Origin: Oikopleura dioica
Lineage: Eukaryota > Animalia > Chordata
Assembly (NCBI GenBank): GCA_907165135.1
Contig: OU015567.1
Coordinates: 14,508,001 to 14,572,000, forward strand
DNA length: 64,000 nucleotides
Direction of reading: 5' to 3'
How positions within the stretch are numbered: the stretch's first letter is position 1; each line of letters begins with the position of its first letter. Positions 48,548 through 59,300 of this stretch are shown piece by piece. Under the pieces are notes generated by a model. It saw only the letters and a program-made list of their open reading frames with translations. It made no database searches and was not told the DNA's origin. The position numbers and the translations under genes were made by a program.

Positions 48548-51500
48548 TTATTGATCGTGATTTGGAAGGGAGCAGTTTCGAAAAGATTTCTTCAGTGCAA
48601 GCTCCATTGAATCTAATCGCCGGTGAATTTCTTTTTCAAAGAAAGTTTTTGTCAGGGGCCCGTCGATTTCTTGTCGCCGAAAGCTCTTCATCCCGTGGAT
48701 ATGGCTTCTCGTCTGCTTTGCTTCCAAGTCGTCCAGTGTGCCTGGCATTTTTGGATCGATGGAGGTCCACTCGTGATACCGGAATTTTGAGTTATTGTTG
48801 TTCACTTGAAAGCCGTTTTTACAATAAAGGAAGATGTTGTAAACATGACTACGAAGGGGCCCAAATGATCGTTAATTTAATTAATACGCAATAAAATTGT
48901 TAAAAGTCGGCAGGTAGTGATTCATAGACACTCATTATTATCAGAAACACGGAGCCCATTTCCTGAAAATGATAAAAGGAGGTGGCAGAATTGGCCTGAA
49001 ATAATTATTCTTGACTGTTTGATATCTTGAAAACTTCCAAATTCGTATCGAGTTTTCGTCGATAGCGGCATATGTTGAGGAGAATAAAGCGATTAGTAAG
49101 TTGAGAAGGAGAATATTCGCAATGATCATGTAGGTTCCATGAAAGATGTCAGAGAATGGACTCGGCAACCTGTGTAGAAAACCTGAGTCAGGGTCTGTGC
49201 GAGCTCAAATGAAAAGTCGTTTCAGTCCCTGACTCAGGTTTTATGCACAGGTTGCCGAGCCCAGGACAGAAATCACGGTCTTTGACGGACATCGAGGAAG
49301 GGTTGAGTTTCCAACGATGTCACCAGGAGGGATGCACTCTTCTGGTTGATCTTCGAAGTCATAGGTGGTTCGTTCTCCGAGAAATAGCTCGCCGTAGATT
49401 GCGTAGTAAGCTCCAAAAAGAATGTTCTTCAGCAATTTTTTTAACTTTCTTTATGAGGCCATTACCTTTATTGTATAATTATATCGATGCTCGTTTGGGT
49501 ACTGCAAGCTCTGCTGAACAATTCCATAAGTCAAGATGAAGATTGCCATTATCAGCAAAAACTGGAACATTTGAAAGAACATTTTCCAGATCATAATCAC
49601 TTTCGGTCCCAGATCTCTTGATACGTCGAACACTATCAAGGACCTGTAAGCCATGAACATGAAGGAAAAAGCGAAACAAGCTTGTGCTGCGTACATTTGA
49701 CCGGTTATTTCGGTGGGGCACTGCTGTTCGCCAGAAAACTAACATGGGTTCAAACAAAAGCTTTCTTCAATATCAATTGCAGAGTTCGGAAACCTGTGCT
49801 AAAAGCCTGAGTCAGCTTTGCTATCCAGCTTTTCATTTAAGCTCCTTAGAACCTGACTCAGGTTTTCCACACAGGTTTCCGAACCCAGATCAGCTGAAAT
49901 AGAATCGAACCCACAATCCTTTGTCTCCGGAGCAGTGAGTTTCAAAACTGCGCCTGCTATGAAACTCAGCTCAGAAGCAGCATCAAATTTGTTGTACAAC
50001 TCATCCCACCATTTTCCGAATCTTCCTCTTTGAAGACTATCATCAGCGACAAACATCTGTCGGATTTCTTCAACGAACAGGGTAAAGGTCCAGAAAATGA
50101 GGAGGCAGTCAAGCCAGGTTGGAATAATGCAGAAGAATCGAAGGAGAAAGGTTGCAAAGAAAATTATGTAGAGAAAATATGAAATCATATTCATCTAAAA
50201 CAGAAATAAGAATAAACGAATTTTAATTCGAATACCCAGAAGACGGTAAGTGGCGCTTTCATTGTATAAATCCATTTATCAACCCAACTGGTGCTCGTTT
50301 TTTCTTTAAAATTGAGAATCAAAGACGGCAGAAATGGAAGCCAAAAGAAAAATATACATAGCGCGATGCTAGCCATCTTCTCCTTCAGTGCAAATTTACC
50401 CCGCCAGATGTTGGAGAGGAACTCTTGGACGCCGACTTGAGCGATGAAATGAACGCATTTACCGGAGGAGGCAAGTTTAAGCATAGTCATATTTCCCATT
50501 CTTTCGTTAGCTGAGACGAGCATGAGTTGTGGAGACAGCTCTTGTTCTCCTATAAGAGAGCTTTTTGAAACCTCGGAGTAAGCGTCGATTGCGGCATTTT
50601 CGTAGTATTTTGCGAATTCTTGAAGTCTCTCCGATGCAGAAATATCTCTTTGCTTTAGACCAGCAGCGCCTCTCAGAAAGTTCGCCCCAACAAGTGCCAT
50701 ACTAATCCCATACTTGCTCCTAAGCCAAATCAAATTCGCCAGGTCCCAATATTCAAAGAGCATTGCCCAACAAAACAGCCTCTCTTCAGGATCATGTGAC
50801 TCGAAGCTTTCTTTCAATCCTTTTGATTTTGAGTGATACTTGCCCGCTGTTCGATTTTTGTAACGCCTGGCGAAGGGGTTCCAGTTGGTTGAAATCAAGG
50901 AAGATTCGAAATCTTCAATGAGTCTTGAAAGCCTTGCTGACTGATCTTTGTCGAAAGTTTTGCTCTTCCAGCTGTCTTTGAGTCCTGCACGATCTGTAAG
51001 AGATTCTTCTTTGACCATGTTGATTTGCGAAAGGTAAAGATTCTCCAACCTTCCTGGTGAGGCGAATTCTCTCTGGTCAAGATCTTCCGTTGAAAACTGT
51101 GAATAAATAAGCTCAACGATTTCAATCTCATTTCTGGACATTGCAACTTCCAAGGCGTTGAAAACCTGCTCCTCTGAAATGTAGAAAAATGGCGATGAAA
51201 AAATTTGCGAACACAAGTCTCCGATGTCGTAAGCATTCTCAAGCGGATGTATGAAGAATTGGGAAAGATTCTGGTAGAGTTGAATACTTCTACTCGTGCT
51301 TTGGTGAGCCTTGAGATCCATTATCATCGTTGGAAAGTCACCAGACTCATTTTGAAGCCTAGTTCTGTAAGAAAAACGTTCTTCCATGTTGATTTTTCTC
51401 TTCTGATTGAACAAAAACGGCACCAGATAATTTATGATTCCACCTGAGTCCTCCACGAGCACGAGTTTTCCAAATCCATTCAGAGCAATTTCGTGCAAAA

Positions 51501-52310
51501 ATGAGAGCGCGTCAATATCACCGTTGAAAACAGCAAATTCAAGAGCGAGACGCTCCCGGAGAATATTCACGAGATAGAATTGCGCGTCGTCTTGTCTCTT
51601 TCTTTCGAAATCTCTGTCAACAAGGATGATGACATTTGAAGTTGTCTTCAGCTCTTTTTCTTTTAAATTTCCGTCGTAATTCGTGAGTTGGGTCATTTGA
51701 CCTTGAACTTTTTCGGAAGAAGAATCTTTGTTGATTATTTGCATGGCGAAAGCACCCCAGGAACTGTTTCTTCGAATCGGCACAGATGATGTTATCCACT
51801 TGTTTTCCTTTGACGCATAATTTTGAAGATGATCCGTGAACTCATGAAAAGTGCTTTCAGAAATTTGAGTTGAAGAAGGTCCGATGATTGAAACGATCCC
51901 ATCCGTCCAAGAACGACCAAGCTGATCAAGAACTCGAAAGAACTCTCCTCCAATTTCTTCGTCTCTTTCCAAAAGAATCCCTACAGCATTTTGGCCCAGG
52001 TCGTCATCAATCTGGGGTCTTGGAAGGTGAGGAGTCCAAATATGCAGGTGGTCTCACCTCGTTGTCTCGGGACCATGCAGATGCGAGCAAGTGCGGCGGA
52101 TCAATAGCGTAAACTGCCCTGCATCGCAGATAAAATCAACATCCGGTACCCCCCTTAGAGAGATTATTTGACGTAAACTGGAATTTTGGATAATATATTT
52201 CGACGATGAAATACACAAATCTACGAGATTTTGAGAAATACACAATGAATATGAGTTTGTACAAATTAAAATCCGCCGTAAACTGACTCAAACTAAACGA
52301 TTGGCTCATC
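48548..52310 (-). CDS. TRPM: TRPM-family cation channel
   Basis: LFCWAMLFEYWDLANLIW, LKLASSGKCVHFIAQVGVQEFLSNIWRG, KAPLTVFW, WWDELYNKFD, LGPKVIMIWKM, ILLLNLLIALFS, TRP box WKFSRY...LPPPF. The 5' end is uncertain. Confidence 0.88.
49156..49264. mobile_element. Palindromic MITE family copy 3 (109 bp), inside TRPM coding sequence
   Basis: Imperfect 8-bp TSD gtcagaga / gacagaaa (6 of 8 match). Confidence 0.88.
49780..49888. mobile_element. Palindromic MITE family copy 4 (109 bp), in a TRPM intron
   Basis: Imperfect 8-bp TSD atcaattg / atcagctg (6 of 8 match). Confidence 0.85.
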
Positions 52311-52874
52311 TGGAATGCCTAATTGGTGGCAAATTTCTCGGATATTTCTAGGAGATAATAAAAATAAGAACTTTTAAATTAAATTGATTTGAGTTCTCGG
52401 ACAATTTTATTTTCTTTAGAACAAAGATTCAACATTCATCATGCTACGTAAAAACGCACTTTTGATATAGGTTTTTTATTGCTTTGGAATGTATGAATAA
52501 AAGCGTGAAAAGACATGAAATCTACACAACTTGCTTCGAATGATTTTTGGACTCTTCGATGCCCGCTTCCTTCCAAAAAGCGTCTTGCCAAAACTTCGTC
52601 AAATCTCCCAGTTTTCCGCCACATTCTAGCATTTGAATCTGATCCCTCGGATAACAATCGAAATCCCCCTTTTTTGCTCGATCGTTAATTTAGAAGCCCC
52701 AAAGGGGTCGCAAAATGCTTCCGCGAATAATTGATCAATTTATGGGAATTTATTTTTATCCGAGCCTTGGAGGTCGTTTGGATGTTCAATTGAGAGTAAC
52801 TTTCAATGGCTTCATAAAACAATCTCAAAGAAAAAGGTCACGTGACCCCGAGTGACCTCGAAGTTAGCTGCAAG

Positions 52875-53749
52875 CAGGGATGTGCATTCGCAGCGCAAAA
52901 TCCGCAAAACAGCGCAAAATGCGGGATTTTTCATTCTGCAGCGCAAAACAGCGCAAAATCAGCCCCAAAAATTTCCGCAATTTTTCCGCAGAATTGCGCG
53001 CAAAAGCGCATTTTGCGCGAAAATTGTATTGCAAATTGCATTTTGCGGGATTTTGCGTAGAATTTCTACATTTTTTCCTTTCCCGATTTTGAAATAATTC
53101 CCAACATAGAACAGTCCGATATCGTAGTAAACAGACCGGTCATTTTGCCGGCAAAAATAAACCGGTCGGTTCAATGAAATTTTGCTGGGTGATTATTCAG
53201 TTTTTCATACTCAGCCCCATTCCTTGATTTCTAAATTTAAGGGGCTTGACAAAGGCTTGGAACTCTGAGTTGATCAATCTCAGTTTGTCCCCAACCCCAC
53301 CCACACCCATCATTTAAAAAATCTATATTATCATTGTTTTTATGGTTCTTTTTGAAAATCTTGAAAATAACTTTTTATAGCCCTGGAATAATGTCCCCAA
53401 AATTTTATCTCTCCATTTCAAGTAGAAATAAATGGGGCGAAAAATACCACAAAATTCGCATATTTTCGCAAAATGTGCGAAAATCCCGCAAAATGCGCGA
53501 AAATCCCGCTAAATTCGCAAAATTACGCAAATTGCGTGTCATCTGCGCAATCCGCGATTCCGCAAAAAGCGCAAAATCCGCAAAATTTTCGCAAAATCAT
53601 CAAATTTTGATTTTCCGCAAAACAGCGCAGAATTCCGCAAATTGCGCGATATTTGGATTTTGCAGCGCAAAACAGCGCAAAATGGACCCCAAAATTTCTG
53701 CAATCGCAGCGCAGCGCAAAGCAAAAATTTTTGCGAATACACATCCCTG
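52875..53749. mobile_element. hAT-like MITE (875 bp) with CGCAAAA subterminal repeats, 8-bp TSD
   Basis: TIRs cagggatgtg / cacatccctg. TSD GCTGCAAG at 52867-52874 and 53750-53757. Confidence 0.92.
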
Positions 53750-53789
53750 GCTGCAAGAATCACTAGAATAATGAACGAGCGCTTTCCAA

Positions 53790-53862
53790 GGGGGTGTAGC
53801 TCAAATGGTAGAGCGCTCGCTTAGCATGCGAGAGGTACCGGGATCGATACCCGGCATCTCCA
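53790..53862 (+). tRNA. trnA-AGC: tRNA-Ala (AGC)
   Basis: Cloverleaf: acceptor GGGGGTG/CATCTCC with G3:U70, anticodon arm CTCGC-TTAGCAT-GCGAG, T arm CCGGGATCGATACCCGG, followed by an oligo-T terminator. Confidence 0.97.
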
Positions 53863-54002
53863 CATCTTTTTTCGAAGCCGTTCCTGTGTGCGGCTTTTGC
53901 AGATTCGCGGCTTTTTTCGCCCCACTTGAAGCTCAACTGCATTCCAATAAGCGCAGCTATGAAAAAAATCGAGCCTAGGCAAAGGAAAAGGTCACTTACA
54001 AG

Positions 54003-54960
54003 TCAAAGTAGCGAGAATGACTGAAATCGCTTTGGCAGCATCTGATCCTGGTGTTGAATTTTCCTCCTTTTTCTTAAAAAGCGTCTTTTTTGAAGAGTTG
54101 AAATGGAACTTACAGTGATAGTGATGACGATAAGAGCCATTTGAAAGAGAATGAGGAGTCCTGAAGTCCCCATTTGCAGCAAATAGTACTTCTTCGAGTT
54201 CTGCTGGTTTTTATTCTTCTCTGTTCTAGCAATAACTTTCAATCTGTCTGTAACACCTCTACTTACAGGAATCGCAAGTTCATCTTTTCCAGCAAATGCT
54301 TCGGATCAAAGTCTTCGGGCAACACTGGCTTCGGCTTCGGCATCAAATTCGGCAAGTCGGTTTTTCTCGAGCTGGAACCAATTCCAGAGTCGAACTTTTC
54401 TGTTTCACTAAAATCGGTTTCCTCAATCATTATTTTCTTAAAATACGAATAGAACAATCTTTCGGAGAGAATTTTTTTTCTCAAAAAGTCAAGTGACATC
54501 TCGAGAGCCGCTTTGATGGAATTAGGATATCTGATATTTTGAGCATTGATTGATTTTCCTGTAAATAAGCGATTCAGAGTTATTTTTAGCGGAATTGAAG
54601 ACTCTTGTCTCTTGTCTATTTTTTCAAATTACCGGTAGTTTTTGCACTCGGACATTGTTTCGCATCCGCTGGATTCACCTTCGTCCTTTTTTTTTTATTT
54701 TAAAAATTCGAGCCTTCTTTAGGGCTATTTTCTCTAAATAAAATCATTCCTGTAAGTCTCTCTGCGTCATAATTGAACTGTCAGTCTTCAAGTTTGAGCT
54801 TGTCGTTCTCTCTGGGGCGTCTTATTGTGTCTGCGATAGTCTTATTGAGCTTTTGCTCCTCTCGCGCAGGAGGAACGATTTCAAATTTGGCGCCACCTTC
54901 AGGCAGGATAATCCGCCCTACGGCAGGGGTAAAATTTAGTGCAGGTGATATTGACTTTTT
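54003..54960 (-). CDS. Fragmentary multi-exon hypothetical gene with a TM segment
   Basis: Exon-like pieces bounded by GTAAGT/AG: LLILFQMALIVITIT|KKEENSTPGSDAAKAISVILATLT|. The frame cannot be closed across the A10 run near 54690. Ends unknown. Confidence 0.35.
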
Positions 54961-55541
54961 GCATCGATTTTACAAAAATGAAGCTAAAGGACAGTCAAAT
55001 TTTCTGCTTATCAGGATGCTCAATATAATATGCTAAATAATATAATTGTTTAATGATTTAATTAGTTTCCTTTTGAATTATTCGAGTATTTCTTTGTCAA
55101 ATATGCGTTTTGATTATTCTTAATTAATTTACAACTGGGTTATCCTTATGGAATCCAGTCAATGTGACCCAATTTATAACCCTGCGCCAGACAATCAAAT
55201 TATCCACTGCATCGAAATTAAAAACCGATAAAAATATTTTTTAGAATAATTTATTTGAATGTAAATTTATGTATATATGAATTGAACAGTGATAAATACT
55301 TGGTTTCGATATGTTAATCGACGTAATTATGAATACAATAAAATATATTTCCCAGAATAACCATCAAACCCTACAGATCCAATACGTGACCCCACTAGCC
55401 CGAGCGTGAGAACGAGTGTGGAAAGTTGGGGGAAAAAGAAGCAAAAGTTTCTAGAACGAGTGTTGTTGAGAGGGCGCCCGCGCAGTGGGGTGTCAGTTTC
55501 ACTTTTACGAAGATGACGAAAAGGTAAAAAATAGAAAAATT

Positions 55542-55792
55542 CCTCATTCCGGCCAGTTTAGTAGAAACTGAGCTGTAGAATTCGAGAAGTCAAGAAGGCG
55601 AATCGGTTTTTACCGTTCCGTAATCTTCTTTATGTTCCCTGGTCTGGCTCATTCCTATCTTATGTAGTAGAATTCGTAGCGTACCAGTGGTTTCACCCTA
55701 CTTTTGGCTCATTCCTCTTCAGAGTTGAATTTGTAGCGTAAAGAGGGGGCTCATTCCTCCTTTGGTTTTGTTGGGAGTAGAATTTGTAGCGA
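55542..55792 (+). repeat. Four irregular bipartite repeats (GGCTCATTCCT ... GTAGAATTYGTAGCG)
   Basis: First motif at 55542 (partial), 55646, 55706, 55748. Second motif at about 55575, 55667, 55724, 55777. Confidence 0.8.
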
Positions 55793-56309
55793 GTAATTTC
55801 AGTCGCCTTTACTGTAACCATCTACTATAAGCCTACTACGCTTATTGGTAAATTAAAAGGAAAAAGGGTGGTATTTACGCCCAATCCTTGACAGACTAGA
55901 TCGCCCAGGAGGTTTTTTACTGCACCTGCAAGTGGATTCAGGGTGACTAACCGCGAAAATTCAAAAAAGGCGGAAAGCCGATTGGCCAGAAGGGTGCACC
56001 TCACGAGGAAAAAGGTTTTAAACCGCCTCCTGATTGGCGGCCCGGCCTCCAGTCTGAGAAAAAAGAGAAAGTGGGAGAAGAATATCGGGGAAAAAACGTT
56101 TCCGGATTTGGGAAAACAAAAGGATTCTAGAGAAACTGTGCATCTGTTCTATATAAGAGTATTTGCCCATAAAAATCACCTTTTTTCACCACCTAGCCCT
56201 GCTCTTAAGATTGTGTTAGGAGAATTGGGACCGTTTTCACCCAACAATAACAAATAGTTTTGGTGGATTCTAGAGAAAAAGGGATTGAAATTAACAATTT
56301 CCTTTTAGA

Positions 56310-59300
56310 ATGGGACACCCTATATTACAACCGCGTCTAATGGACGCGGCAACGTTTATTGGAGATCGGGGAGAATGCTGGACAAGAGTCGGTCTCATTC
56401 CGTGGAACAGCACCAACACTCAGAACGTCTTCCTCATCTTCAACTTTCAAATCAAGACGGGCCTCGGCCCGGTGTTCGATTGGGCGGTAAGTAAATTGGT
56501 TCACCCAACGTTCAAAAGCTTTTTTACCCAAATACAGATAATGTATAAAATGGCTAATTTAGAAACGATTCACGGCAACGGAACAAATGGCGGAAGCTTT
56601 GGACGAATTCACAGTTGTGAAGGTCACCATCATCCCATTGGAGCAAGTTGTGGCAGCTTTGGTGAGACGAAAAGCCAGGTACATATTGTCAGAATAATAT
56701 GCATTTCAAAAGATGAAACTGGGCTATGTAACCCGGATAACCCAACTAACAACTATCTGTTCAGTTTCAAGAACACCGTGGAACGATTGGAAGCCTGGGT
56801 TGCGTTTCAATTCCCAGATTTTGCTTTTGGAAAGAAGTTGAAATGGCATCTCCCCCAGTGTGACCGATTTGCCTCGGCCACCCCACACATTGGAACAGAC
56901 AAGAATCCGTCTCTGGAGAAGGTAGTGAAATACTTCAGCACCGCCAACACCACTTTCCCGTCGATCAGAATGGAAGTTACTGGGGTGGACGAGCCGGAGA
57001 TCGAGTCAGACCTGATGCAGCGCATTCACAATGCCCGAATCGAAGAAGCCCTCACCCTTTTCACCCTCACAGACTCGGATGGCAAACTCCAGATGATTGG
57101 ACCAGAGGCGCCAATGGCGGAAGTTGGGAAAAGACCAGTGCCACCAGTTTACTTTCAAGAGGAGAGAGTGGATGAACTGGTTAGGACTTGGGACGAACAA
57201 TTCCTCAAGCCTCGAACGCCAGCGATGGGCTGCTCGACCCCTACTATCAACATTATCAACACCGCCACTATTGACGATTTGGTCAGAAAGGTGTTCCACA
57301 AACTCCCCAAGGCCGAAGCTACGCCGGATCGCCTGCGTGATATCGCAGCAGCAGCTCTTATGGACAAAATCCCACCACCCTTCACCAAATACACCTCCAT
57401 CAACAAATTGGCGGAAGTATTGGAACATTTGGCGAACATAGACGAAAATACAGAAAGGCTGGAGCTGTTGGAGAAAGCCGAGCTCATTCTGCGCCATGAA
57501 AAGATCAGCACTAAAACCGACGACCTATGGCTTGAATTGGCCATTTGGGGACGAAAGATATTGGAGAAGATGTGGGAATGGGTGAAAAAGTTAAGAACCA
57601 ACCCTTTCCGAATCCCAGCAGATATGGTGTTTTACGAAGTGGCCAAGAAGGTATCCAGCTTCAACAGCGACGAAGGGAGAATGCACCTATCGCTCTTGGG
57701 AAACACACTACCACCATCTCTAGTCGCCACCAGCAAACGTGGTGAATTCCTGGCAATAGTGGTGGATTATAAGACAGTGAAAGTCCTCCTTCTTCCCAAA
57801 TTTGTCCCCAAAGAGATGGGAATTTTCGAAAAGGAGTTTGTAAAGGTGGTGGAATCCCTCAAGGAGCTGGCGTCGGAACACATCTCGGTGGATCTTCCCC
57901 GACTCATCCACGGCATCAAGAACAACTGTGTATCCTGGAACGAATGGCGAAAAATGGTGGACGAAATAAAGGAATGGCCGGCGGTGAAAACATGTGGCTA
58001 TTGGGTGTACCGACTGCCGAACCTGAAATCACCATTAGCTATTGGCCTTTCGAAAACATTGGGGCCAATTCTGAAGGATTTGGATGACCGACGTTTTGGA
58101 ACGATCTGTAAAACTTGGGCAGCCCGGTTTGGCCAAGACCCAACTCACACTTATGAAAGACCTATGGTTCAAGTGGAGAAACCGTTCTTTCAACCGATGG
58201 AATGGGATTTTTTGGTGGATAATTGGGAAGAAGCTCCGGTGTTCAAGAAGAGAGTCGACAGTGCCCTCATGTGTGGCGCACACGGTTGCGTGGAAATGGA
58301 CGTGGATTTTATGTCCTGCGCAAAATGCTTCCAGCTCACTTCAGACCTTCTCGTGAAGGAAAATGACTCCCTTATGGTGCCAACTTTCAAGGACAACAAG
58401 GTGAAGACTTTCGCCATCGAAAGGACAACGTACAACCAACCGATGGATTTGTACAACTCCAAAATGAGAGCCCAGTTTCTAAGAGACGCACTTGCCCTTC
58501 ACAACCCAACAAGAAATTACGACATCCCCAACAAAGCAATCGTTGGAGCAGCAATGAGGAGATATGGAAATGCCACGGAGATTCGTTGGGGTTCGAGAGA
58601 ACTGCTCGGAAACGAGAAATTGGTGAACGCGGTGGAGCTGGTGCTAGCGGAACACGAACACGTAAACGACCCGGAATTCCTGGAGGCATGGAAGACAACA
58701 ATACCGCTGGAGCTTATGCCACGATTGAGCGCAGAGAGAATGTACATCCCCACCCCTCATTTTCGCCCGATAGTCTCACCTACGGATCAGGAAATTGAGG
58801 ACTCCTCGTCCGATAGCGCTTCCTCCACCATGTCCGAACAACGACCTTTGGAAATTCGGGAGATCCCTTCGGCTTACACAAACCCAGAAGTAAAACCACC
58901 ACCGCTAGGATATTACGCAATGGCCTACAAGCAGCGAAAAGGCTTGGTTCTGGTGGTACGTATGGACGAATCGATTGAAAATACCCGAATTCTAAATGGA
59001 CCGACGGTCATCAAAATAGCGAATGGTCGGGAGATGGTATGCATCGACAATTCAACCCCACAAGCAGAATTATTGGCCCATGAACGAGCGGCGGTGGAGG
59101 AGTTGGGTTTCAATGTTGGAGAGCTCACTCAAAAGATGCGAGAGCTAGCGAGTTACCCATATCAGGAGGGTAAAATTCATGGCTTCCCGGAGTTAACTGT
59201 TCTCAACGAGTACGCAGCGCGATACAAACACGTCTCGTTTGTGGTGCATGCGGACTCTTTCATCCTCCACCAGCACATGAAACTCTACTGGCAACAACTT

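Noticed and set aside
52842-53824. Several 60-145 aa ORFs
   Set aside because: By-products of the CGCAAAA repeats in the MITE.
55542-55792. CRISPR array
   Set aside because: Eukaryotic context, irregular period, bipartite degenerate repeats, no cas genes.
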